IMG/VR virus record: IMGVR_UViG_3300023179_000011
Coordinates: 96,001 to 160,000 of that record
DNA from: a virus
Direction: 5' to 3' (one strand)
DNA: 64,000 bases
This document shows positions 9,099-18,687 of this stretch, piece by piece. Every line of letters begins with the position of its first letter. Within the stretch, counting starts at the first letter, position 1. The notes under the pieces are model-generated. The model saw only the letters and a program-made list of their open reading frames with translations, was not told the origin of the DNA and did not search any database. Made by a program: the position numbers and the translations under genes.

Positions 9099-12000
9099 TT
9101 ACTTTCCGTAGTTTGCGCCGGTACCGCCAGCCATGTCGACCGACGGCCCGTTATCTGGTGTATCTTCCATGCGATAACCGGTGGCAGCCAGCACGGCCTC
9201 TGAAAGTCCGTGCAGCGTCAACGTGCCGTTCACATTCATATCGCCGCCGCCGCCACCCGCGCCGCGCGCCGCTTTCGCGGAATCGTATTGCGCAATCGTG
9301 TCGCTGAGGTAGTTGTACCGGGCTTGGTCTTTGTCATCATCAAAATAGTCGCCGCCGCCGCGGATCCACCAGTGTTTTTTCTTTTTCTTTTCTAGCTCTT
9401 TGAGGCGGCCGCGCGCGGACTGAATCGGGTTTGGGCCGGCTTGCATGTCCAACAATGCCTGCTCAGCCACTAATCGCATGTGTGGTTTTTCAACAACTTG
9501 TTGCACAGATCCGTCTGCGCCAGTAATGTTTACTTTTTTCGCACCGCCACGATTGTTAAATTCTCTTTTTTCTTCTTCCGTGCCGTATCGTTCTACGTCG
9601 TGCGCGGCGTCTTTTTCGGTGTAGTTTGGGTTGTATGGAAAAAATACGCGCTCGGAAACATCTTGATTTCCGCCCGCATACGTCCATTCACTCTCGCCGC
9701 GAATTCGGCGCAGTGATAAAGACGTTCCCGGCATCTCACCCATTTTGTTAAACGGATCGTGTACGGTCAGTTTGTTTCCTATGCGAACGTTGTGTCGCAA
9801 CTTGCTTTGTCGGTCTGTAAGATCGTCATATCGCGCCTTGTCCTCGGCCGAATACTTCCACCGCCCCTGTTTTTTATTGCGGTCCGCGAGCGCGGCAAGC
9901 TCGGCATCAATTTGTGCAAGTTCGGTGTCGCGACTAACGGTGCGCGTAACTCCGGGCGGCGGGGCGTCAGATGCCGGCGCGTGCCCGTCGCGATTTAGCT
10001 GCTGTACCTGCTCTGGTGTAATGTTTTGCGACGAAACTCCCGCGCCTGTTTTACTTTCAGAAATGGCGGCATGAATTCGGCGCATGTTTGCAAGATCGTC
10101 GTCGGTCAGCTCTTTCATTTTTTTGACAAGCTCGGGCGGCGCGGACAGCGCTGTTTTAAACTGATCCATTGCGGTTTTTTGCGCTGCCGGATCCATTTTG
10201 TTGAAAAGTTTTACCGCGTCTGCCGCCGGCAGCGTTAGCAGTTGTTGTCTTTTTTCTTTGTCAGCAAACGCGGTCGCAAACGCTGCGCCCGTCGGATCTT
10301 TACCTACTTCGTCTAATACCGCTTGCTGGTCTGCGGTAACTTTTTCAGTGGCAGAGGCGACACCTTGTCCGTGGGCGCGTTTTGCTTCTTCAGCTATTTT
10401 TAACGCACTGTTTGTTCGGCGCACGATAGCGTCTTTGTCGCTACCTAGAACAGCCGTTAACTGTTTACGCGCTTCCGCCTTGGCTGTCTCTGGATCCATA
10501 CCCTCCATAACAAATTGATCGGTCAACTGCTGCGTCATACGACTTGTCATTATCAGCGCGCGATCTTCATCGGATTTTCCAAGCGTATCGTCCATGTTTA
10601 CGGCGACGTTTGACATGGCGAGGCTGATCTGCCGCAACCGCTTTTTGCGGTGTGTGTCAAACTGCGAGTCAGACATACCTTTTGGGCGCAATTTTTCGTA
10701 CTCGGCTTTGTCGTAATTCTTTTCGAGCGTGTCGTAAATGCTTTTGCCGACGTCAGCGGAAATACGATTTGAAGTTGCGGTTCCACGTTTTTGCGCTTTG
10801 GCGACATCAACCGGTGTCTGCTCTAAACCAGCGCCAGCCAGTCCGCCAATATCGCGCGCAACGCGCAACCCCTGTCTGTGCGCGCGAACTTCTTGTTTTT
10901 GCTCATCAGACAACGCGCCAAAACCGAAAAAGTTTCCAGCCATTTGTTTTTCGAGTGTTTCGGCGTCATCTGCCAGCATCGTTGTTGCAAATTTTTCAAT
11001 TTGTTCTGTTGTTGCTTTTTCGCCAAGAACTTTTTTTGCGGTAGCTCTAGCGGCCGCCATTACGTCTTCAGCTTTACCTGTGTTGTAACCGCGTATGATT
11101 ATGGAGGCGAGATCGCGCTGCCGCTGATTTTTTGCTTTTTCTGCGTCTGTGCTACCGGCGGCGGTATCTGCTGACTCCATCTTGGCCGCGCCGCGTAACT
11201 GCCCCAACTCGTCAGCCGTTAGTTTCTTGCCGGGATCGACGCCGGCCATAATTTTGAGTTGCTTGGCTTCGTTTCCGTCCGGGTTCTTTTGCGCCGCGTC
11301 AGCCAAAGTATCGATTTGTTTTTCAGTAACGCTTGCCTGCGTATACATACGCGCTGCCGCTACAAGCCCTTCTTGCATGTCGGGCGCGTAGCTCTGCAGC
11401 AGCGAATCTTCAGACGCGATTGCAAATAGGCGTTTGAGCGAGCCTTCTTGTATGCCGGCATTTTCGCTGGCTAGGTTTTCTAGTTCGTCGCCAAATCGTT
11501 GTGCAATCTTAGATTCGGTTCCGGCGCCGGCTATTTTAAATCGCGCAGCGCGGCGCTTGTTCATTTCTTCTTTTACGGCCGAGTCGGTAAGCATTTTTTT
11601 ATCATAGGATTGCCGCAATGCTGCTGAAGACACTCCCGTTATATCTTGCGCGTCTGTATCTATTTCTGAGATCGCTGTCAGCAGCCGTTCTTGCCTCTCC
11701 GCAGGTGTTTGGCCGTAAATTGCATTAAAAAATTGTTCTGCTTGGCGCTCAGCGTCTTTTTGTGCCATGCTGCCGCCGGGTTTGCTGGTAAAAACTTTGG
11801 TCAATTCTTCTTTTCCGCGCCGCTCCATTGTTTTAATACGTTCTTCCTGCGTCATGTCGGCCGTTTCTTCTAATAATATGCCCGTCATTTTATTTGCAAA
11901 ACTACCAGACAACCCACTGCGCAATTCCCGAAACTTCTCATCTGACATGCCAGCTGGCTTGAGGTTACGCACCGCTGCGCTGCGCAAACGTTCGCCGATT

Positions 12001-13772
12001 TTGAATTCTTGTCGTTGCGAAATATCTCGCTGTATTTCGTAGGGTTGTCCTTTGTAAGCGTATCCGGCATTCATGTACTCTTCAGTTCCAATGCGATCGG
12101 TCATATAAGCTGTAAATAACTGCTCGCTAGCGCCGCTTTCGCGCGCTAATGCGTACAACCCTTTTACGCCCTGACGGCCCGCCAACTCAGCTAAGTTAAA
12201 CGTTTGTCCTTTGTACTCGTATTTGTCTTTTCCGCGGCGATACGCTGCCACAGCCGCGGCAAGTTGCGTGTTTTGATATTTATCCGGACTTTCTGATACG
12301 AGTCTGTTAAGTGCCGCAAGTGCGCGACCGCCAGCAGACGCGTCCCCGCGGGTAGACATAGCCGACATGCGGGCTTCAGCTTCGGCGCGGTTTAGCTTGC
12401 CAAAACCGGGCTTGTCAAACACGCCGGCGTCAGCCATGGCTTGCCCGCGCAATAGATCGCCGGCAAGTCCTTTTTCAGCTGTAACTTCCTGCAACCCCAT
12501 ACCGCGGGCCATGGCCTTCTTTTCGGCAGCGATGGCGTTCAAGTTTTGCAGGTCGGTATTTGTGTCGCGAGCGGCTAATCGAATTTCGCGCACGAGCGAT
12601 TCAACTTTGCCGCCGCTCATACTAGTTTGAGCGCCGTTTGTTAAATGTTGCAAATTAGCAATAAGTTGCTGAATCGGGGCATTTGGATTGCCGTTGTCGC
12701 CAAAAATTTCTCTAATCGCAGACACGGCGCCGTTGTATTCTTTAACGGCGCGCGATACGTTTTTTGCGTCCAGCGCGTTCGCCGCCAGCCCAAAGCCGCT
12801 TAGCTGTTCGATTTCTTCCGCGGACTTAGCCCGCGGATCTTTAGCTTGAAATTTGTCTACTTCGCCCAGCGTGGCGTCTAACCGTTTTCGAAATGCTGGT
12901 AACTTATCCGCCAGCATGATTTTTTGTTCTTCTTCGCTGGCGGACGCGTAAGCGGCGTCACGCGACATCAACTCCGAGTGCCCAAACTGTCTCGACAACT
13001 CGTTCATTGTTTTGTCGTCGCGCTTAGTGCGGCTGATCGCTTTGACACGATCCGCGGCTGACAGCGCACCAATGCTCTGCGGTAGGCGACCCTGCTGGAA
13101 CAGAGTCTCCATCATCTCGCCGCTAGCCACCGCCCCGAACCCGTGCATTTCCGCAAGATTGGCATCTTCACCGTACAGATTTTGATATACATTCTGCGAG
13201 AACTGCTTTAACGAGTCTGATGACATGCGCGGCCCTTGGCCGGCCGCGTCCGGTCTAAAAAACCCGATACGGTTGGTGGCCGCAGCGATCGCCGTCGGGT
13301 CGCCCCGGCGGCCGAACATAATGCCTTCAAGGTTCTCGGCGCCGATCTGCGACGCGGCAAACTGTTTAAATATTGGGTTGTTTAATACGCGAGCGCCGAT
13401 ATTTGCATGCTCGCGGTCTAGGTCTGTTACGGGTTGCCCGCCGTTAACAAGACGCTGCGCGCCAATTAACTTTTGCGCCACCTGCGAATTGCCGGCCATG
13501 TTCGCGGCTTCAATTGCCGCGACACCGTGACGCTGATAACGAGCGGCCGTGAACTGGTCCAGAAGGGCCTGCCCGGGCGCCTGATGCGCCAAAAACGCGT
13601 CCGGCCCGAACATGCTTTTTACCAGTCCGGGGGCGTACATGTTGGCCATATAGCCAAACGCGTCGTCTACGTGGGCGGCGTTTTGAAACGGAGAGTATAC
13701 GGGCGGAGCGTATGGGTTACCCGTATAATTTTGCGTAAAGCCAGCGGCGTTTTGTGTGTGATATTGAGCCAT
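9099..13772 (-). CDS. Tail tape measure protein
   Basis: 1557 aa, Ala/Lys/Glu-rich and helical, directly downstream of two overlapping chaperone ORFs. Confidence 0.75.
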   Translation of the reverse strand: MAQYHTQNAAGFTQNYTGNPYAPPVYSPFQNAAHVDDAFGYMANMYAPGLVKSMFGPDAFLAHQAPGQALLDQFTAARYQRHGVAAIEAANMAGNSQVAQKLIGAQRLVNGGQPVTDLDREHANIGARVLNNPIFKQFAASQIGAENLEGIMFGRRGDPTAIAAATNRIGFFRPDAAGQGPRMSSDSLKQFSQNVYQNLYGEDANLAEMHGFGAVASGEMMETLFQQGRLPQSIGALSAADRVKAISRTKRDDKTMNELSRQFGHSELMSRDAAYASASEEEQKIMLADKLPAFRKRLDATLGEVDKFQAKDPRAKSAEEIEQLSGFGLAANALDAKNVSRAVKEYNGAVSAIREIFGDNGNPNAPIQQLIANLQHLTNGAQTSMSGGKVESLVREIRLAARDTNTDLQNLNAIAAEKKAMARGMGLQEVTAEKGLAGDLLRGQAMADAGVFDKPGFGKLNRAEAEARMSAMSTRGDASAGGRALAALNRLVSESPDKYQNTQLAAAVAAYRRGKDKYEYKGQTFNLAELAGRQGVKGLYALARESGASEQLFTAYMTDRIGTEEYMNAGYAYKGQPYEIQRDISQRQEFKIGERLRSAAVRNLKPAGMSDEKFRELRSGLSGSFANKMTGILLEETADMTQEERIKTMERRGKEELTKVFTSKPGGSMAQKDAERQAEQFFNAIYGQTPAERQERLLTAISEIDTDAQDITGVSSAALRQSYDKKMLTDSAVKEEMNKRRAARFKIAGAGTESKIAQRFGDELENLASENAGIQEGSLKRLFAIASEDSLLQSYAPDMQEGLVAAARMYTQASVTEKQIDTLADAAQKNPDGNEAKQLKIMAGVDPGKKLTADELGQLRGAAKMESADTAAGSTDAEKAKNQRQRDLASIIIRGYNTGKAEDVMAAARATAKKVLGEKATTEQIEKFATTMLADDAETLEKQMAGNFFGFGALSDEQKQEVRAHRQGLRVARDIGGLAGAGLEQTPVDVAKAQKRGTATSNRISADVGKSIYDTLEKNYDKAEYEKLRPKGMSDSQFDTHRKKRLRQISLAMSNVAVNMDDTLGKSDEDRALIMTSRMTQQLTDQFVMEGMDPETAKAEARKQLTAVLGSDKDAIVRRTNSALKIAEEAKRAHGQGVASATEKVTADQQAVLDEVGKDPTGAAFATAFADKEKRQQLLTLPAADAVKLFNKMDPAAQKTAMDQFKTALSAPPELVKKMKELTDDDLANMRRIHAAISESKTGAGVSSQNITPEQVQQLNRDGHAPASDAPPPGVTRTVSRDTELAQIDAELAALADRNKKQGRWKYSAEDKARYDDLTDRQSKLRHNVRIGNKLTVHDPFNKMGEMPGTSLSLRRIRGESEWTYAGGNQDVSERVFFPYNPNYTEKDAAHDVERYGTEEEKREFNNRGGAKKVNITGADGSVQQVVEKPHMRLVAEQALLDMQAGPNPIQSARGRLKELEKKKKKHWWIRGGGDYFDDDKDQARYNYLSDTIAQYDSAKAARGAGGGGGDMNVNGTLTLHGLSEAVLAATGYRMEDTPDNGPSVDMAGGTGANYGK

Positions 13773-13781
13773 ACGCCACCG

Positions 13782-14192
13782 TTATTTTCCGCCATTCAGT
13801 TCTTTGTATCGTTCAATAAGTTCCTGCGCTGATTTATCAGCTATTATAGCTTTTTTAGGGCTCGCTTTTGGTGTGTCTTTTGCTGCGTCTTTCTGCTCTT
13901 CTTTTGTATGATCCCACGGAAAAAGCGCAGTTTGAATATTTTCTAACAGTTCGATTGCTCTCGTTTTGGCGTTACCAAAACTCTCTTCGGTCAGGCTGCC
14001 GTGCGCGACAAGAGCGAGCCAGTGCCTGTGAGCTGCTTGCATGAGTTCATAATTTTCTCGTCGCGCCATTTCTGTAAGCGTTAACAGGTGCTTTATTCGC
14101 CATTGTCTATTTTTGGGATCGGCACCGGTGTAATCAATCACACCGGAAACGGCAGCCCGCACCATAAAGGCCGCTACCCGATCCCGTTCCAA
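13782..14192 (-). CDS. Tail assembly chaperone, -1 frameshift extension (GT-like)
   Basis: Overlaps the end of the upstream ORF in the -1 frame, has only a TTG start and no ribosome-binding site, and is preceded by G-TTT-TTG at 14196-14190. Confidence 0.65.
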   Translation of the reverse strand: MERDRVAAFMVRAAVSGVIDYTGADPKNRQWRIKHLLTLTEMARRENYELMQAAHRHWLALVAHGSLTEESFGNAKTRAIELLENIQTALFPWDHTKEEQKDAAKDTPKASPKKAIIADKSAQELIERYKELNGGK

Positions 14193-15169
14193 AAACTTGG
14201 TTCAAGCGCCATAGCTTCCATCGCTTCAACCAGCCGCTGAAACTTGCGCAAGTGCGTAGCAGCCAAACGCCGCGTTACTTCGTGCGAGAGTGCTTTGCTG
14301 TGCACAAACTCGCGCGCACCCGGGAGCGCGGTATGGTTAGGTTTATCTGGGTTTGCGACGACTTTGAACTCTTTTAGCTCAGGCACGATTACGAGCGGCT
14401 TTCCGTTGGCGTCGTAGACCGCGGCGAGCGAGCAGGCCATGCGGTATTCGAACATCCGTAGAAACCACTCGGCTTCTGACAGGATCAGGCCGTCATTCTG
14501 ATCAAGCAACAACTGACGCTGCACATCGAAATTCTCGTCAGCCAGCATGCTGCGGAATTCCAACACAATCTTGCCGCCCATTAACTCAAACTTACGTGTA
14601 AACCGCGAGCCGCCCAAAATCGTAACGAGAAAGTCTTCTTTATCACGATCCGTCACTTCAACGTCGAACTTCTGCTGCATATCCCAACCGCAGCGCGGGC
14701 AAAACGGCAGAATAGCCATCGGCGGCACGATGTTCTCTTCTGGCGCTGCTGGCGCTTCGGTCTCTGCCGTCTCTGGCGTGGCCGTGTCTGCTGCCGGGAC
14801 AGCGTCTTCTGCTGCCGGCGCCTCTCTGTCGTCGATGATTTCAGTGTCAGTGTTCTGAAGCTGCGCATACATCTCACGCACGCTGTCGGGCATGTTTTCT
14901 GTCTCTTCTTCAAACTGTTCTTTCTGCGCTTTTTTCTTAGCTACTTCTTTGGCCTCGCGCAGCATGGTTTTGATATTTTCAACGTCTTCTTCTTTCATCG
15001 CGTCTTTGTCAATAAGGACGTCGACACGCGAAGACGGCGGCAGCGTGTCTTTAATTCGCAGCATAAGCGGCCCAAGCTCGGCTGGAATTGGATCGTCTTT
15101 ACGCCAACCAAACTGCTCTAGCGTTTTCTTTGTGAAATCGGACACGTAAACGTTTTCAACCAGTTCCAT
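14174..15169 (-). CDS. Tail assembly chaperone (G-like)
   Basis: 331 aa, two genes upstream of the tape measure; 'KIVLEFRSMLADE' chaperone-like segment and a CPRC motif. Confidence 0.6.
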   Translation of the reverse strand: MELVENVYVSDFTKKTLEQFGWRKDDPIPAELGPLMLRIKDTLPPSSRVDVLIDKDAMKEEDVENIKTMLREAKEVAKKKAQKEQFEEETENMPDSVREMYAQLQNTDTEIIDDREAPAAEDAVPAADTATPETAETEAPAAPEENIVPPMAILPFCPRCGWDMQQKFDVEVTDRDKEDFLVTILGGSRFTRKFELMGGKIVLEFRSMLADENFDVQRQLLLDQNDGLILSEAEWFLRMFEYRMACSLAAVYDANGKPLVIVPELKEFKVVANPDKPNHTALPGAREFVHSKALSHEVTRRLAATHLRKFQRLVEAMEAMALEPSFWNGIG

Positions 15170-15183
15170 GGTTATCTCCTTCG

Positions 15184-18066
15184 TCAGGGGCGCGGGATGA
15201 TGGGGTAGTTGCCGTTAATGATCTTGGGCGTGTTGGATTTGAATTCGGGCTCCTTGTACTCTGCCGCAAGGCCGGGCGCTTCGTTGCGCCGTTTGTCGAT
15301 GTAGCCGCCCTCGTTCTGTACAATTTTCAAATCCTGCTCGACATAAGCGGGTTCTGAGTTAAGCCACTTGTCGCCGGGGAACGGCCATGTCGGCCCGCAG
15401 GTTTTTGCGCTAACAGGTCGCTCTGTCCATTTCTCTGTGCTCTTACCGCCGATTCGCGCCATCTGCTGCCATCGGTCTTCATACAACATGAAATCTGGAA
15501 TCTTGTAGTCGTCGTCGCGCCGAAACGAGAATTCAATTTTGTTGATTGTGTCATCGTTGCCGGCGCGTTTTTCTTTGTACCACAACTCTTGCAGCAGCTT
15601 CTCGTCGATGTCGTCACCAACCTGCGGAATGTCGTTGTCGATGAGCTGCTTGAAAATATCAATCGCCGCACGCACCTGTCCCTGACAATCTCCGTCGCAC
15701 GGACCGACGAATATTGCGCCGCGCGCGGCTTGCTCGGTAAGAATGTGGCCCTTTGATACAAGCACGCTGCCGTTGCACAGTACATTCCCGTCGCAAAAGA
15801 TGTCGCCGTCTGTGCCGATGGGCCCGCAAAGCAACGTCTGCTCAGATCGGAACATATTCGCTTTGTTTGTTCCACCGACCTTTTGCCCACCAAAGAAGTG
15901 GTAAACCTCGCCAGCTTCTTTTAGGTAGTTAAACAAATTGTTCGATTTGGTGACAATGTCTTTTGAGCCCGTAGACGCGTCGATCACGATGTCGCCCGGT
16001 TTAATGTCGCCGCCGCCCGTGCGCAAATAAATTTGATGCGCCAGCCCCACCACGTTTGAATAGGGAGCGCGCGCAACGACACCGGCAAACTTAATTTCAT
16101 CACCGCACTGCTCGAAGTCGTATTCGATTGTCTTCCCGCGCGACTCAAGCAAAATGCCGCCTTCTCGATCAGACGTTTCGTTACCGGCAAACACGAGAAC
16201 GTTGCGCTCGGCTTTGATGCGCACGTTCTTTTCGGTTGCAGAAATGTCTACCGACTTGTTTGAGCGCAGAATCACATCGTTACCGCCCCACGCCTGAACG
16301 TCTCGGCCGCCCTTGAGCCACACGTCGCCCGGAGCCGAGATGATTACACAACCCGCCACCATGCGGATCTCGCCACCGTATCCGTCACCAATTACCACGC
16401 CGCCGTCTTCTAGCAGTGAGATATACGACTCCTGCTCGTAGAATTTTTGTTCGTTATACCGGTGATCAATTTTCCACTCTTTAGGCGTCGGTTCTTTGAG
16501 GTACATCGAACCTTTGAGCTGGTCGAACTCGGGGATTTTTTGATTAACGTCGGCGTAGCCTTCACTTTTCAGATCTTGTTCTTCCCACGTCTTGTAGTCC
16601 TTAGCGTGCCAGTAAAACGGGTGCAGTCCGGCGTAATTAAACAGGTACCCGTGTAGATCGAGAACAGCCGTGGCGCGCTGCATGTTCGGCCACTTGCTGT
16701 CGGTGGTTTTGATATCACCGGTAATCTTGTGCTCTGGGCCGCTACCGTATTTACTGGCCGCTTTGTAATTGCGCTCTGTGTCGTCACCTTCGCCAGACTC
16801 GGGTCTGCGGAGACGTTGCGGCATGGGCAGTAGAATGCGTTTAGATAACACAATGCCCTTGGACGACGTAATGAATCGGCGGCCGTCTAGTGCTGTGTTA
16901 TCTTCTTGTAGGCCGTAAACAGGTTTTTCGTCGTGGTCTTTGGTTTTTTCACCGCCGCCACAATCAGGTGAAAAACCGTCTTTACCTTGAATACTGGACT
17001 CGTACGGTTTGATCGCTGCGCCGGCGCTCCCGGGTTTGTACGTCCATCGCTGTACACCTTTCGGCGGCGCGTGCGTAATGGTGCGAGAACCTTGCCCTAA
17101 ATAACCAAAGAATTTTTGCGTGCGGTGATATGGCTGTTGAAACTCGTTTTTATTTTCCCAGTGCGAGTAATAAGGCACGCCAAGCGGGCACTGATAATCT
17201 TTTGGTTGAAATTCCTGCACCATAGGCAGGCCGGGTTCGATCATGCCGGCCGCTTCCCACGGATACGGCGAATATCCGGTACTATCGTTGCACTCCGCCT
17301 GATCCATATAGGCGTCGCGCTCGCTGCCGGCTGTCCAAACCTGCATGTTGTAACCGGCTACGCGCAGCATCTGGTCGTGGTAGAACCCGTAAATCCCGCA
17401 AAACTCGTTAACCGATGCGCGCAGCATGAAGTCATCAACAGAAATGCCGATACCCGTGGTTGATACTGCGCCCCACTCACTCGCAAGTGTCGCGTCCCAA
17501 GGGCGCCAACACGACCAGTCAACCATCTGCCCGTTGAGCTTTTCCTTGATGTACTTCTTGTGGCAGTCATCTACGCGTTTGCGGCTAGCCTGCGAGATAT
17601 AATCGTGATAGGCGCGCGTGCCGATATCTAAAACGCTCGGCACACAACCGACGATATACGCCTGCCCAAGCCGGTCGTGAATCATGACGACAACGGGTGT
17701 ACCGGGAGCGTACGTGTTAATAGCAGACGCGCCGAAACACACCTGACTTGTCGTAGACAGGGCTGCTGCGATAATTGGCGCCCGAGACTTCTCTACAAAA
17801 ACTTTGTAGCAGTTAGCGATCGCCGTGCCGTCGACAATCAAACCGGTGCACAGGCGCCCGGTGTCCTGAAAGCCGGCTTTGTAGCCGTGCAGTTTAGAGA
17901 AGGGGTCGGCTACCGCCTGCACCTGCGAGCCGTAAGCCGCCGTTCCGGTGCGGGTAGCTAACTGTTTTTGCGCAACAAGCCGGGCAGCAGACGCAAGATC
18001 GTAGGAGTGTTGTTGCCCAGTTTGTGGTGTATTACTGACCGGTTTACCCGGCGGGGTAACGCCCAT
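15184..18066 (-). CDS. Putative baseplate central spike (gp5/VgrG-like)
   Basis: 960 aa. OB-fold-like N-terminus ('YAPGTPVVVM') and a beta-helix-like run 'ISAPGDVWLKGGRDVQAWGGNDVILRSNKSVDISATEKNVRIKAE'. Confidence 0.6.
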   Translation of the reverse strand: MGVTPPGKPVSNTPQTGQQHSYDLASAARLVAQKQLATRTGTAAYGSQVQAVADPFSKLHGYKAGFQDTGRLCTGLIVDGTAIANCYKVFVEKSRAPIIAAALSTTSQVCFGASAINTYAPGTPVVVMIHDRLGQAYIVGCVPSVLDIGTRAYHDYISQASRKRVDDCHKKYIKEKLNGQMVDWSCWRPWDATLASEWGAVSTTGIGISVDDFMLRASVNEFCGIYGFYHDQMLRVAGYNMQVWTAGSERDAYMDQAECNDSTGYSPYPWEAAGMIEPGLPMVQEFQPKDYQCPLGVPYYSHWENKNEFQQPYHRTQKFFGYLGQGSRTITHAPPKGVQRWTYKPGSAGAAIKPYESSIQGKDGFSPDCGGGEKTKDHDEKPVYGLQEDNTALDGRRFITSSKGIVLSKRILLPMPQRLRRPESGEGDDTERNYKAASKYGSGPEHKITGDIKTTDSKWPNMQRATAVLDLHGYLFNYAGLHPFYWHAKDYKTWEEQDLKSEGYADVNQKIPEFDQLKGSMYLKEPTPKEWKIDHRYNEQKFYEQESYISLLEDGGVVIGDGYGGEIRMVAGCVIISAPGDVWLKGGRDVQAWGGNDVILRSNKSVDISATEKNVRIKAERNVLVFAGNETSDREGGILLESRGKTIEYDFEQCGDEIKFAGVVARAPYSNVVGLAHQIYLRTGGGDIKPGDIVIDASTGSKDIVTKSNNLFNYLKEAGEVYHFFGGQKVGGTNKANMFRSEQTLLCGPIGTDGDIFCDGNVLCNGSVLVSKGHILTEQAARGAIFVGPCDGDCQGQVRAAIDIFKQLIDNDIPQVGDDIDEKLLQELWYKEKRAGNDDTINKIEFSFRRDDDYKIPDFMLYEDRWQQMARIGGKSTEKWTERPVSAKTCGPTWPFPGDKWLNSEPAYVEQDLKIVQNEGGYIDKRRNEAPGLAAEYKEPEFKSNTPKIINGNYPIIPRP

Positions 18067-18129
18067 TTTTATGCCACCAAATAGGTGTGGTTACGGGCAT
18101 TACGCCCAAGGCTTTACAGCCTAATACCA

Positions 18130-18164
18130 TAAGCGGCGGTTGGTTTTTACGCAACCGCCGCTTA
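18130..18164 (-). terminator. Stem-loop after the tail tube gene (terminator or stabilising hairpin)
   Basis: Perfect 13-bp inverted repeat TAAGCGGCGGTTG / CAACCGCCGCTTA with a 9-nt loop in the intergenic gap; the U-tract is weak. Confidence 0.6.
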
Positions 18165-18191
18165 CTCAACTACCGATATTACCGCCTAAAA

Positions 18192-18635
18192 TCAATCGTC
18201 TTCAAGGTCTGAGAAGATGAAGCCGAGATTTTCAGTCAGCACGATTTCCTGCGCTGTAATGCTCGCGCCAATCGACGTGAGCGTCGCGTCAAGCATCGTG
18301 TACGTGCGCTTGGCCTGCGAGCACTTCTGGCCGCCACGACCAGTAGCTTTCAGCACCAGCGTATCCGGCTGACACATGTTGCCGAACTTTGTAATGAGCT
18401 GACGCATGCTGGAGTTGCCACCAACAACGCGACTCATCTGGCACTGACCCTGCCGGCGGTTACCGACATAGTACACGTTATTCGACCCGATCTCGTACAG
18501 CATGTTCACGGTGCGGTTGCACGTGAATTGAACCTGCTGCACCAGCACCGCCTTCTGTCCGCCGAGCGTAAGTTCTAGGTCTTCCGCGCGGAACGAACCG
18601 ACGTGCGTCTGCTTATTTCCGAAACTAGCTGGCAT
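18192..18635 (-). CDS. Tail tube protein
   Basis: 147 aa directly after the sheath; 'VQQVQFTCNRTVNMLYEIGSNNVYYVG' is a tube-like pattern. Confidence 0.8.
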   Translation of the reverse strand: MPASFGNKQTHVGSFRAEDLELTLGGQKAVLVQQVQFTCNRTVNMLYEIGSNNVYYVGNRRQGQCQMSRVVGGNSSMRQLITKFGNMCQPDTLVLKATGRGGQKCSQAKRTYTMLDATLTSIGASITAQEIVLTENLGFIFSDLEDD

Positions 18636-18687
18636 AGCTCACCTTAACCTTTGTTGTTGGTGTGTACTTTAACTTTGGTCAATTACG

